Shown piece by piece: positions 17,151 to 31,048 of a stretch of 64,000 bases of DNA. Source of the DNA: the human T2T-CHM13v2.0 reference genome, Homo sapiens. The stretch lies in the NCBI RefSeq assembly GCF_009914755.1, contig NC_060947.1, one strand, 5' to 3'. The notes beneath the pieces are model-generated. The model saw nothing but the letters and a program-made list of their open reading frames with translations, had not been told where the DNA came from and did no database searches. Each line of letters opens with the position of its first letter. Positions within the stretch are counted from its first letter, which is position 1. The position numbers and the translations under genes are program-made.

Positions 17151-18588
17151 TATATGCACAAAGTCTTTGCAAAGACAAAGTTATATAGCAGATGTAGAAG
17201 TTTTTGTAAGTGGATACAGAAGTCCTTGTGAATAGTAAAATGCCATACATACTTTAGGGGTTCTTGTAATTTTACCTTGGTGACATTGCTTCTATCTGTA
17301 CTCTCCTTTCCAGCTTCATATGTCTCTTTCTCTCTTCCTCTACTTTATGTTTCAGTCCTGCTGGGTGACTTAATGTTTTCTGATTGTGCGTTTTCTTTGC
17401 TCTTGGTATTTATACTCTACAGAATGCCCTTCCTACATTGCTGTCTATGTAGTTGAATAGAATTGAGTGGACCTAGCTGGGTGCTCCAGGGTCCAGTTCA
17501 ACCTCACCATAAAGTGTTGTGGCAGGAGAGCTCATAACATAACCTGTACAGACAACAATTTTTTTGCTGTTCTTAGAAAGCATCCAATACATTCTTAAAA
17601 CAATCTGAGAATACCCATCTTAGTATGTGCCAGATATTTGACTTGTGATGTCTCATACCTACCCTATGGAATAGGTATTATGATGACCACTTTTATACAG
17701 ATGAGAAAAATTGAAGCTCAGCGAAGCTGAACAAATTAACCCTTATAACACAGCTAGCCATAGAACCAGGATGGAAATTCAGCCCTATCTTTCTTCGTTT
17801 TTCTCACTGGATTGTGCTGTCTCTCTCTGGGGTATCCATTTCTGAATTTCACTCAGGTGCATCTTTCTTCACTTACTTGTTGAATCTTTAAAGCTGTAGA
17901 CAAAGTCACAAATTCACAAAGAAGGCCTGATACTTCCAAAGGGCCTTCAACTGCAAGAATTCCAATTGTCTGTCTGGGTTCTCCATGGTAGCTGTGTATA
18001 AGTAATCATAACCACACCAGTTCACTTCTCTTCCTCATAGGACACATCCGCACATACTGAATCACACATGATCTCTGTGTCTGGTTAAAAAAAAAAAATG
18101 CACAAAGAGTGAGAAGTCCAAACTTGTCTGAACTTGCTTCTGTCTCTGATACCATTTTTCTGATACAAATTCAGGTCTCAGCTGCAAAGTAAATTATCAA
18201 CTTATTGTCAACTGTTTCTCACTCTGGAAGCAGCATTTTATCTGGAAGACAGATAGTCCAAGCCTCCTTCCTAATTTTTTAGTCTTTTGCCTGCTATCAT
18301 TGTTCGTCTAGCTCTCTGTTAAACTGGGACACTGACCAGGGTATTGGCCTGAGACTCAGTTCTAGGTCTACCATTAATGCACCATTTGTCTTGGGCCAGT
18401 CACTTCACTTTTTGTGGCCTCACTTTCTTTGTCTGTAAAACGGAAAGAACAAAACTTAGCTTATTTAATTCCCAGGGCAGGAATGTATATGTTCATAATG
18501 TGTGAGGCACTGTGTTAGCTCTTTGGGACAAAAATGTCCAAGCTAGACTAAATCTATTTCCTCATGGAGATGAAAGAGAATATAATAA

Positions 18589-18594
<6 letters not shown>

Positions 18595-18623
<29 letters not shown>
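18595..18623. repeat. (TA)n microsatellite
   Basis: About 14 TA units. Confidence 0.95.
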
Positions 18624-18627
<4 letters not shown>

Positions 18628-18853
18628 CAAGCTGCAAAAGTCAACGATAAAGAAAGGATGCTAAAAGCGGCAAGAGAAAAGAAACAAATAGGATATAATG
18701 AAGCTTCAAAATGTCTTGCAGTAGACTTTTCAGTGGAAACTTACAAGCCAGAAAAGAGTGGCATGACACATTTAAAGTACTGAAGAAAAACAAAAACAAA
18801 AACCTTTTACCTTATAATAGTACATCTGGTGAAAATATCCTTCAAACATGATT

Positions 18854-19226
<373 letters not shown>

Positions 19227-19261
19227 TTAGCAACACCAGATCTATTCCATAAGAAATGCTA

Positions 19262-19643
19262 TGTTCCCCTCCCTGTGTCCATGTGTTCTCATTGTTCAAC
19301 TCCCACTTACGAGTGAGAACATGCAGTGTTCGTTTTCTGTTACTGTGTTAGTGGGGCAAGAAGACAGAGAGCATTAGGACAAATACCTAATGCATGCAGG
19401 CCTTAAAATCTAGATGGTGGGTTGATGGGTGCAGCAAACCACCATGGCACATGTATACCTATGTAACAAACCTGCACATTCTGCACATGTATTTCAGAAC
19501 TTAAAGTATAATAAAAAATAAATTAAAAAAAAGAAAAGAAAACAAATATTTTCTTCCATTCTGGAGGTTGTCTGTCCACTCTGTTGGTGGTTTCCTTTGC
19601 TGTGCAAACGCTCATTAGTTTAAGTAGATTCCAAGGGGGAAAA
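19262..19643 (+). mobile_element. Small L1PA8-like insertion: inverted 3' UTR piece, sense 3' end, poly-A, and about 95 bp of extra sequence
   Basis: 19262-19351 is antisense 3' UTR, 19352-19542 is sense 3' end plus tail, 19543-19633 is antisense ORF2-like. TSD aagaaatgcta (19251-19261) / aagaatgcca (19644-19653). Confidence 0.85.
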
Positions 19644-22488
19644 AAGAATGCCAAAGGGAGTACTTCAAGCAGAAAGAAAAAAATGTTAATAAGTAATAAG
19701 AAATCATCTGAAGGTAAAAAACTCACTGGTAATAGTAAGTATACAAAAAAACCACAGAATATTATAACACGGTAACTGTGGTGTGTAAACTACTCTTAAG
19801 TATGAAAACTAAATAATGAACCAATCAAAAATAATAACTGCAACAACTTTTCAAGCCACAGACAGTACAATGAAATATAAATAGAAACAATAAAAAGTTT
19901 AAAAAGTGTGGGGTCAAGATTAAGGCAAAGAGTATCAGTTTAATTTTTGCTTGGTTGGGTGTTTGTCTGTGCAAACAGTTTTAATTTGCTATCAGTTTAA
20001 AATAATGGTATGTAAGAGTATTTGCAAACCTCATGGTAATTTCAAACCAAAAAGCATGCAACAAATACTCAAAAATTAAAAAACGAGAAACTAATTCATA
20101 TCACCAGGAAACTCAACCTCACTAAAAGGAAGACAGGAAGAAAAAAGAAGACCCCAAACAACCAGAAAACAAATAACAAAATTGCAGGAGTATGTGCTTA
20201 CTTATCAATAGTAAAAATGACTGTAAATGGACTAAATAAACTCTCCAGTCAAAGACATACAATGGCTGAATGGATATAAATATATGACCTAATGGTCTGT
20301 TTCCTACAAGAAACACACTGTCCCTATAAAGACACACATAGACTAAAATCAAGGGATGGAAAAAGATATTCCATGCTAATGGAAACATAAAAAGAGCAAG
20401 AGTTACTAAACTTATGTCAAACAAAATAGATTTTAAGACAACAACTGTAAGAAGATACATCAAAGGTCCCTATATAATGATAAACTGGTCAATTCAGCAA
20501 GAGGATGTAATAATTTTAAATACATATGCACCAAACACTGGAGCAGCCATACACATAAAGAAAATATTATTAAAGCTTAAAAGAGAGATAATAACTGGAT
20601 ATTTCAACACCCCACTTTCAGCACTGGACACATCTTCCAGACGGAAAATCAACAACAACAAAAAATCAGACTTAATCTACACTATTGACCAAATGGGTCT
20701 AACAGATATTCACTGAACATATCATCCAACAGCTGTAGAATACATATTATTTTCCCCAGGACACGAATCAATCTTAGGAAAAGATCATGTGTTAGGTCAC
20801 AAAACAAGTCTTAAAATATTTTTAAAAAATGAAATAATATCAAGTATCTTCTCTGACCACAGTGCAATAAAACTAGAAATCAATAACAAGAGAAATCTTG
20901 GAAACTATACAAATAAATGGAGATTAAACAATATGCTCCTGTGTGGCCACTGGGTCAATAAAGATATTGAGAAATAAATCTTAAAAGAATTACTGGAACA
21001 AATGATAATGGAAACACAACTTATCAAAACCTATGGAATACAACAAAAGCAATACTAAGAGGGAAATTTAGAGCTATAAGTGCCTATGTCAAAGAGAGAA
21101 AAATGTGAAATAAACAAACTGAAGATACATCTTAAAGGACTAGAAAAGAAAGAGCAAATCAAACTCAAAGTAGTAGAAGAAAAAAATAATAAAGCTCAGA
21201 GCAGAAATAAAATTGAAATGAAGAAAACAATACAAAAGATCAGTGAAATAAAAGGTGAATTTTTGAATTTTTTGAAAAGTAAAACTAAATTGACAAACAT
21301 TTAGCTAGACTAAGGACAAAAAGAGAGGAGGTCCAAATAAATAAAATCAGAGGTGACAAAGGAAACATTATCATTGATACTGCAGAAACTCAAAGAACCA
21401 TTAGTAGCTATCATGAGCAACTATATACCATTAAATTGAAAGATCTAGAAGAAATGAACAAATTCCTAGATATATACAACCAACCAGGTTGTATGTCTTT
21501 TGGTATTTTGATAAGGATTGCATTGAATCTGTAGATTGCTTTGGGTAATATTTGCATCTTAATAATATTAATTCTTCCAATTCATGAACATCTTTTCAAT
21601 CAGGAAGAAATAAAAAAACCCTGAAAAGATTGATAACAAGTAATGAGATTGAAGCCATAATTAAAAGTCTACCAGTAAAGAAAAGTACAGGAACCAATAC
21701 CTTCACTGTTAAATTCTACCAAAAATTTAAAAAACTAATACCAATCCTACTTAAACTGTTCTGAAAAACAGAGGAGGAATGAATATTTTCATAGTCATTT
21801 TGTGAGGCTAGTATTACTCATACCAAAACCCGACAAAAATACATTAAAAAAAATTTACAGGTTAATATCTCTGATGAATGTTGATGCAAAAATCTTCAGC
21901 TACATAATGGCAAGTCAAATTCAACAATACATTAAAAAGATAATTTATCATGACCAAGTGGGATTTATTTTTTGGATGCAAGGATGGTTCAACACATGCA
22001 CATCAGTCAATGTGATACATCATATCAAAAAAAATGAAGACAAAAAAGCATATAATAATTTCAAATGATGCTAAAAAAGCATTTGATAAAATTCACCATC
22101 CCTTCATGATAAAAATCCTCAATAAAAACTGTATAGAGAAGGAACATACCTCAACATAATAAAAATCATATGTGACAGACCCACAGCCAGTATCATACTG
22201 AATACAGAATAACTGAAAGCCTTTCTTCTAAGATCTAGAACATGACTAGGATGCCCATTTTCACCACGGTTACTCAACATAGGACTGGAAGTCCTACATG
22301 GAGCAATCAGACAAAAGAAAAAAATAATAAAGGCTTTCAAACTAGAAAGGAAGAAGTCAAATTATCCTTGTTTGCGGATTGTATGATCTTATATTTGGAA
22401 GATTCCACCAAAAATATTAGAACTCATTTAAAAATTCAGGAAAGTTACACAACACAAAATCCACATACAAAAATTAGTAACATTTCTA

Positions 22489-22770
<282 letters not shown>

Positions 22771-24757
22771 TAGCATTTCTATATACCAACAGTGAACAAT
22801 CCAAAAAATGAAAATAAAAAAATCCCATTTACAATGGTCACAAATAAAATTAAATATCTATAAAATAGATATAAAAATATCTATAAAACACAGGTGAAAG
22901 AAATTGGAAAGAACACCAAAAAATGGAAAGACATTCCATGTTCATAAATTGTTAAGAATCAATATTATTAAAATGTCCATATTACCCAAAGCAATCTACA
23001 GATTCAATGCAATCCATATCAAAATCCCAGAGACTTTCTAAACAGAAATAGAATAAACACTTTCTAAAATTTATATGGAACCGCAAAAGATCCAGAATAG
23101 ATAAAACTATCCTAAGCAAAAAGAACAAAACTGGAGGAATCGCATTACCTGACTTCATATACTATATGTTATACTACATATAACATGTAGTATAACATAT
23201 ACTACAGAGGTATAGTAATCAAGGCAGCATGGTACTGGCATAAAAACAGACACATAGACAAATGGAACAGAGTAGAGAACCAAGAAACAAATCCACACAC
23301 CTACACTGAACACATTTTTGACAAACGTGCCAAGAATATACTGGGGAAAAACAGTCTGTTCAATAAATGGAGCTGGGAAAACTGTGTATCTATATGCAGA
23401 AGAATAAAACTAGACCATTTTCTCTCACCTTGTTCAAAAATCAAATCACTATGGATTAAATACTTAAATCTAAGACCTCAAACTATGAAACTACTACAAA
23501 ATAATCCATTGGGGAAAACTTCCAGGGCATAGGTCTGGGCAAAAATATCTTGAGTAATATTGCACAAGCACAGGCAACCAAAGCAAAAATGAACAAATGA
23601 AATCACATCAAGTTAAAAGGCTTCTGCACAAAAAAGAAAACAATAAACAAAGTGAAGAGACAACCTACAGAGTGGGAGACAATATTTTTAAACTCCCTAT
23701 CTGATGAGTGATTAATAATTAGAACAAATAAGGAGCTCAAACATCTCTATAGAAATAAAATCTAATAATCCGACTAAAAATGGGCAAAATATTTGAATAG
23801 ACATTTTGCAAAATAAGCCATACGAATGGCAAACAGGCATATGAAAAGGTGTTAAACAACATTGATCATTAGATAAATGCAAATCAAAACTTTAATAAGA
23901 TATCTCGTCCGAGTTTAAATGGCTTATATCCAAAAGACAGACATTGATAAATGCTGGCAAAAATGTGGAGCAAAGAGAACCCTCATAAACTTTTGGTGGG
24001 GATGTAAATTAGCACAACTACTGTGGAGAACAGTTTGGAGATTTCTCAAAAACTCAAAATAGAGCTACCATAAGATCCAGCAATTCCATTTCTGTATATA
24101 TACTCCAAAGAAATGGCATCAGTATATTGAAGAGATATCTGCAGTCCCATATTGGTAGCAGCACTGTTCACAATACCTGAGATTTGCAAGCAAACTAAGT
24201 CTCCGTCAACAGATGAATGAATAAATAAAATGTGCCATTTATACACAATGGAGTACTATTCAGCCTTAGAAAAGAATGAGATGTTGTTATTTGCAACAAC
24301 ATGCATGTAGTTGGAGAACTGGAGGTCATTATGCTAAGTGAAATAAGCCAGGCACAGAAAGATAAAGACCTCATGTTTCCTTTACTTGTGGGATCTAAAA
24401 ATCAAAACAATTGAACTCATGGAGACAGAAAGCAGAAAGAGGGTTACCAGAAGTGGCGAAGGAGTGTGGGTGTGGGTGGAGATGGGGATAGTTAATGGGT
24501 ACAAAAATAGAAAGAATGAATAAGACTTACTATTTGGTAGCACAACAGGGTGACTATAGTTAATAATGATTTAATTCTACATTTTCAAATAACTAAAATA
24601 ATTGGATTGGTTTTAACACAAAGGATAAAAGCTTGAGGGCATGGATATCCCATTTTACATGATGTAATTGTTACAGTGCATGCCAGTATCAAAACATCTC
24701 ATGTACCCCTTAAATATATACACTATGTACCACCCAAAATTAAAACTAAAAATTAAA

Positions 24758-25330
24758 CTGTGGCATACACATATAATGAAATATTATTTAACCTTAAAAA
24801 TAGGAAAATTCTATCATTTGTTACCATATGGATGAACCTGGAAGACATTATGCTAAGTGAAATTAGCCAGATAGATAAACATAAATACTACATGATATCA
24901 CCGGTATGGAGAATCTGAAATAGTAAAATTTATAGGAGTAGAGATAGAATGGTGGCTGCTGGGGGAAAAGGGAGGAAAAAAGTGGAGGAATTAGTCAAAT
25001 AATATAAAGTTTCAGTTATACAATATTTAACAGTCTCAGAGATGTTAAATGGTGCTTATAGTAAATATTGTGTTATATACTTAAAAATTTGCTAAGAGGG
25101 AAGGTCTTATGTTAAGTGTTCTTATGTCTGTCTTGCACACACAAGAATCATAAATAAAGAGGGTGGGAGGAAACTTTTGGAGAGGGTAGATATGTTTATT
25201 ACATAGATTGTGTTGATGGTTTCATGGGTATATACATACCTTCAAATTCATTAAATTAAATACATTAAATACATGCAGTTTTATGTATGCCGGTTATACC
25301 TCAGTAAAGTAGTTTTAAAAATAAATAAAT
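24758..25330 (+). mobile_element. L1MB-like 3' end
   Basis: gaggaaacttttggagagggtagatatgtttatt...ttatacctcagtaaagtagttttaaaa. Confidence 0.75.
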
Positions 25331-25499
25331 ATTAATAAGTCTTTTCCGTGAGTGCATGTATAATCTCTTCAGTTACAGCCTCCAGGCAAAGCATCAAACG
25401 GATCTTCTGTTTCGTCTCTTTCCATCCCTCACTGCCATATTCTCCCTTCTCAGCACTGAGTTCAACACACAGAGCATTTAATCGTTCTTTTTAATTCAT

Positions 25500-28440
25500 C
25501 CAATGATATGATCACTGGGGAGTGGGATGACCCCTGTTCTGTGTGTGATTTAGGGAAAGTGAATTTTCTTCTCTGGGTTTCAGTTTCCTTGTCAGTTAAA
25601 TCAAGAGAGGCATTCAACTCAATCTAATATATTATGCAATGTAATGTTGTCTTACAATTTACTTAGTTGTGGGGGTGAATTTGGGGGAGGCAAGCACCAT
25701 ATAATAGTAAGGTGTAGACTTTGGAGTCAGACTGTCTTATGTCCAAATCTCAGCCCTACCACTTTCTAGCTTTGTGAAGTTAGGTTAAGACCCTTCTTTT
25801 TGCTAAGCCTCTGTTTTCACTTTTCACATCTTTAAAATATGAATAATGACACTGTATGGAATATTTGTGAGGTTTAAATGCATCAGTTTTTCTCTCTCTC
25901 CCATTAATATCTTAGTGTTAAGTTTGTCCCCAGTGTCCCCTCCTTGGTAGCCTTCACACAGGCTGGACTCTCTGGTTATATTGAGCACAACCCTTTCTGT
26001 GCCACTATTCTTTTGGTGAAGGGAGGCATAACACTCTAAACATGGGGCTTAGTTTTTCCACATGTAAAACTTGCAAGAAGGCTCAAATGAAACTTTCTAA
26101 CGACACTTATGGCTATGATATTTTCTGCATCTGTGAGCCTTTACCCATCTCTCACTCTTTCTCCCCATTCAAACTCTTATATTTAAGCCTGTCAACTTCC
26201 CCTCATCCCTAGAAACAGAACTGAAAAGTGAGGTTGAGTCCAATGGCTCCAGAGGAAGGGAAGGAGGGGAAGAAGTAGATGAAGTTGGAACACTTTGGAG
26301 TTCAATCTTAATTCACATGTTTTGGCCTCCCTGTAGGCACTTCACTGCAGAACACGTGCTCCTTCTAAAGGTTCTTACTTATTAAATTCCAACTGCTGCT
26401 CTGCTGGTTTTCAATCAGTTTCCATATATTTCTATCTTTTAACTGTAGGACTTCGAACCATTACTCTGAGCCCACATTTTTATTTTCTCCAAGTTCTTAT
26501 AATCTCCAGACTCTAAATTCCAGGGGAAAAAAAAACACAATGTAGCAGAGTTAATAGCATGGATGGGGGTTGTAGAAGGAGAGCTAGAGCCAGACTTCAA
26601 TAGTTTTGGTACTAACCTTTGCATGCACACAGTGTACATAACATTATGCTGAGGAATTTGCTTCTTCAGCCAGGGCAGTGTTCCAGTGCTCAGCCCCTGC
26701 TCAGTCTAGCTTCTACCATCGAACTCTTTCCGTAGAGGAGACTATGGCCACCCATAATGCTAGACTGAGTCATCTACTGCTTTCCAAATGAACAGAGTCA
26801 GAAAAACTTGTATGACCTCTGCTAATGTGAGATAAAATTTGAAGGCTCTGACAAGAATCTGGTTTGACCCTGAGTTCATAAAATAGGTTAGGACTGTGTC
26901 ATTTGATGGGTGACACTAGACATGTGCCTTACCCTCTCTGAGCCCCAGACACCTTATCTGTAATACCAGGGAAAGGATGTGGATGGGCTAGAAGGGCCTT
27001 TCTGGATGGTACATATATAAAAAAGAAGACACGTAGGGCTGTCCAACTTAAAAACAGGAGGTAAAGTGAGATCTTCGTGGATTAAATGATAATAATAGTA
27101 TTAATGAATAATATAATGAACAAAGGTGTACTTATTTATTCAACCAATATTTGAATGCCTACTATGCATTGTCATGGAGCTAGGCATTGGGGATACATGG
27201 GTGGATAAAATGGACAAAATCTTTTATCCTTATGATTTATACTCTGATTGGGACAGAGAAAGACAAAAATAGTAAAGCAAAATATTTAGTTTATTAGATG
27301 GTGCTAAGTGCTATGGAAAAACTAAGCAAGGTAAAGGATATGGCCCATCATAATTTTAAGTAGGTTCTCACTGACAAGATATCTTAAGCACTTACTATGT
27401 GCCAGGCACTGTTCCAATCATTGGACATACATGAACTCATGGAAGCTACTTATTATAACAATTATTTCACAGTTGGTAAAATAGCATTGAATGGTAAAAT
27501 AACTTGCCCCAAATCACAGAGTTAGTAAAAGGCAGTTCCATGATACAACCCAGGCAGTCTGCCTTTAGAGGCCATGTCTTAACTTCTACACAATACATCC
27601 TCAAGGTGGGTTTATATTCTCAGTGGACCCACTGTAAGAGGCATAACAATAATGAATGCATACAGTGGTGCATGCCTGAAGTAGCTGTGGATTAGAGAAA
27701 TATTCACTTGCTTTGGATTCCAATAATTACGGGTATGATTTTGGGTTCTACCACTTAACTAGCTATCAGACTTTGGACAAGTCACTTAACCTCCGTGTGC
27801 CTCCGTTCCCTAATTTGTAAAATAAGCATAATAAGACAGACTCTATTGACTTTTCATTAAGATTAAATGAGCTAAGGCATGTACTCATTTATTCCCTCAT
27901 TCAATAAATATTTAAGTACTTACAAAACAGGCAGTGTATAATAAGGTTTAAAGCTTACAACCTATGCCAGACTATCTACTTTCTAGCTGTATGACCTTCA
28001 GCAACTCACTTAACCTGTTTTAATCAACAGTAAAATGGAGCAGTGGCATTAGCTGTTACTATCATGAGCTAGCGACTGGAAATATATAATGAGTAAAAAC
28101 AAAGTCCTAGTTTCTGGGGGGGGCGGGGGAGAGGGGTAGAGAGAGAGAGAGACAGTGTTACTTTGCTTTATTAATGCAAGGATTCATTTATTTCACAGAT
28201 ACTTATACAGTACCACGTGACATATTCTGGCCTAATCACTTAAAAATATTAACTCATAATGTTTAAGCCAACCTCAAGGCAATTATTATTAAACTCTTTC
28301 TATGGAAGACAAAATCTCTATGAGAGAAGTTAAATGAAACTTGTCCAAGTTCTTGCAGTCAATAAGAGAAAACACCAAGATTCAAATCCAGGCAATCTAT
28401 CCCAATGATTATTAACCACTACGTTATGCTGCCTCGCGCA
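25500..28440. mobile_element. Cluster of MIR and L2 fragments with unique spacers
   Basis: MIR cores at about 25700-25880, 27380-27590, 27690-27910, 27930-28040 and 28180-28430; antisense L2 3' end at about 27130-27370. Confidence 0.65.
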
Positions 28441-28656
28441 ACAAAGGAAAACCAAAAATCACCCAGGATCTCACCACCAAGATAAAATCTATGACTTTCT
28501 ATACAAGATGAATGCTTTAAATTTCTTTTACTTCTTTTATGTTTCCAGCTAAAACTTCCAATACTATGTTGAATATCAGTCATACAAGCACATCTCCTTG
28601 CCTTGTTCCTGACATTAGGGGAAAAGTGTTCAATCTTTCACCATTAACTGTGATAT

Positions 28657-29943
28657 TGAGAGGTGACAACGTGCTAGCAGCCTTCATTTGCTCTCAGCGC
28701 CTCCTCGGCCTGGATGTCCACTCTGGCCTCGCTGGCAGAGCCCTTCAGCCCACTGCTGCGCTACAAGGGCACCTCTCTCCGGCTGGCGGAGGCTGGAGCT
28801 GGCTTCCTCTGCTTGTGGGGAAGTGTGAAGAGAGACGCGCCAGTGGGAGCCGGGGTTGCAAGCGGTGCTCGGGGGCCAGCCCCAGGTTCCAGGTGAGCAT
28901 GGGCTGGGCAAGCCACGCACTGGGCACCGCCGGCCGCGCCTGCTGGGCTTCATCTGAGGCTGAATCCTGTGTGTGGACAGCCGTTCCCTCTTCGCGGGAT
29001 TGTTGGTCAGGATAGCAGGTCTCCCTCTCTTTCTTGCTTCCTCTCTTTTCTTCTTGATTGTCTGGGACGAGTTCCCTCTGGCTTGCCGGAGCTCCCAGAC
29101 TAGGTGCCGCAAAGTCCCCTGGCCAGTGCCAGTGAGCCGTGAAGCCGGCTGGGCTTCTGGGATGGGTGGGGACTTGGAGGACTTTTCTGTCTAGGTAAAG
29201 GATTGTAAATGCACCAATCAGCACTCTGTGTCTAGCTAAAGGCTTGTAAATGCACCAATCAACACTCTGTGTCTGGCTAATTGGGTGGGGACTTGCAGAA
29301 TTTTTGTGTCTAGCTGAAGGATTGTAAACGCACCAATCAGCACTCTGTGTCTAGCTAAAGGTTTGTAAACGCACCAATCAGCACTCTGTCAAAACGGACC
29401 AATCAGCACTCTGTAAAACGGACCAATCAGCTCTCTGTAAAATGGACCAATCAGCTCTCTGTAAAATGGACCAATCAGCAGGATGTGGGTGGGGCCAGGT
29501 AAGGGAATAAACGCAGGCCACCCGAGCCAGGAGTGCAACCAGCTAGTGTCACCTTCCACGCTGTGGAAGCTTTGTTCTTTTGCTCTTGATAATAAATTTT
29601 GCTGCTGCTCACTCTTTGGGTCTGCACCCCTTTATGAGCTGTAACACTCACTGCGAAGGTCTGCCGCTTCACTCCTGGAGCCAGTGAGACCACAAACCCA
29701 CCGGGAGAGATGAACAACTCTGGATGCACCACCTTTATGAACTGTAACACTCACTGAGAAGGTCTGCAGCTTCACTCCTGAAGTCAGCCAGACCACGAAC
29801 CCACCAGAAGGAAGAAACTCCAGACACATCTGAAGGAACAAACTCTGGACATACCATCTTTAAGAACTATAACACTCACTGCGAGGGTCCACGTCTTCAT
29901 TCTTGAGCTCAGCGAGACCAAGAACCCACCAATTCTGGACACA
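28657..29943 (+). mobile_element. LTR12 (ERV9) solo LTR
   Basis: Starts tgagaggtgac and ends aattctggacaca; 4-bp TSD atat/atat; GC-rich U3, CCAAT tandem repeats and tgtaacactcact U5 repeats. Confidence 0.95.
29165..29515 (+). promoter_or_regulatory. LTR12 U3 enhancer/promoter: 8 CCAAT (NF-Y) boxes, GC box and AATAAA TATA-like box
   Basis: Eight ccaatc copies between about 29214 and 29476, then gggtggggcc and gaataaa at about 29505. Confidence 0.75.
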
Positions 29944-30615
29944 ATATTAGGTGTAGGTTTATCTTTACCAAGTTGAGGAAGTTCATTTCTATTCCTATTT
30001 TTTGAGATTTGTTTTTTCTCATGAATAGTTATTGGATTTTGTCAAATACTTTTTTCCATGTCAATTTATATAATTATGTGATTTTTTTCTTATTAGTTTG
30101 TTGGCACGATGAATTATACTGGTTGATTTCCAAATGTAGAATCAGTCTTGCATACCTGGAATAAATCCCACTTGGCTTTGTTGCATAAGGTTTTATAAAT
30201 TTCTAGATTTGATTTGCAAATATTTTGCTGAGGATTTTTGCATTTAAATTACAGATATTGGTCAATAGTTTTGTTTTGATTTTTATTCTGTATTCTATTT
30301 GTATAATTATGGCATCTGGGTAATATTAGCCTTATAAAATGATTTGAGAAATGTTCCTTCTTCTATTTCCTGGAATGATTGTGTAAAATTGATGTTAATT
30401 TTTATTTAAGTGTTTGGTAGAATTTGCCAATGAAACAAACAGGACTAGGAGATTTTTTTTGAGAGGCTTGTAATTACAAATTCAAACTCCTTAATGGTTA
30501 TAAGACTACTCACACTATTTTGTATAGGTTATACTTCAGGGATGTGTGGTTTCTGAGAAATTGGTCTTTTCCTTCTAAGTCGTCAAATTTATGAATACAA
30601 AATTGCCCATAGAAT

Positions 30616-31048
30616 TGCTAAATAAAGTTGATGGGGGTTAATTGTCCTGTACTAAGCTTATGCTCTAGGCTTAACAGACCAGATCAAAACAGAATGGAGT
30701 AACTCGTGCTAGGTGTCTTGTGATCAAACTGAACTTAAAAGCAGAACAGTTTTTCATAGAACAGGAGATTCACAGCAATCAATTTTAAGGGGTTCTATCA
30801 ACCTGGTATGGTAAGGAAGTTGAATCTGCTTTAGCACTATAAGAAAAATAACTTTGAAATTACCAACCCTCTTTTTGTTCCTCGTTTCTTCTTTCTTTGG
30901 CTTTTTGTGCCTATAAAGCCCACCTCTTCTGCTTAGCTCATCAAAGCTCCTTATTATTTCATAGATGAAATGCTGCCTGATTGATGAATTTCTAATAAAA
31001 AACCAATTCGATATTTAAACTACATTTGTTGACATTTTGATTGTGACA
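30616..31048 (+). mobile_element. ERV1 (MER4-group) solo LTR, LTR54-like
   Basis: TG...CA; aacagaccagatcaaaacagaatggagt motif; tataaa and aataaa; near-TSD gaat/gtat. The host L1 resumes on both sides. Confidence 0.75.

Noticed and set aside
25960-27050. Unique-looking interval as possible coding exons (also 17800-18300)
   Set aside because: No recognisable ORF, codon pattern or convincing paired splice sites.
28539-29224. Overlapping 140-160 aa ORFs
   Set aside because: They lie in GC-rich LTR12 U3 where stop codons are rare, and show no recognisable protein similarity.
29165-29480. Regularly spaced direct repeats resembling a CRISPR array
   Set aside because: The spacers are themselves repeats and there are no cas genes. 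These are the LTR12 U3 CCAAT enhancer repeats.
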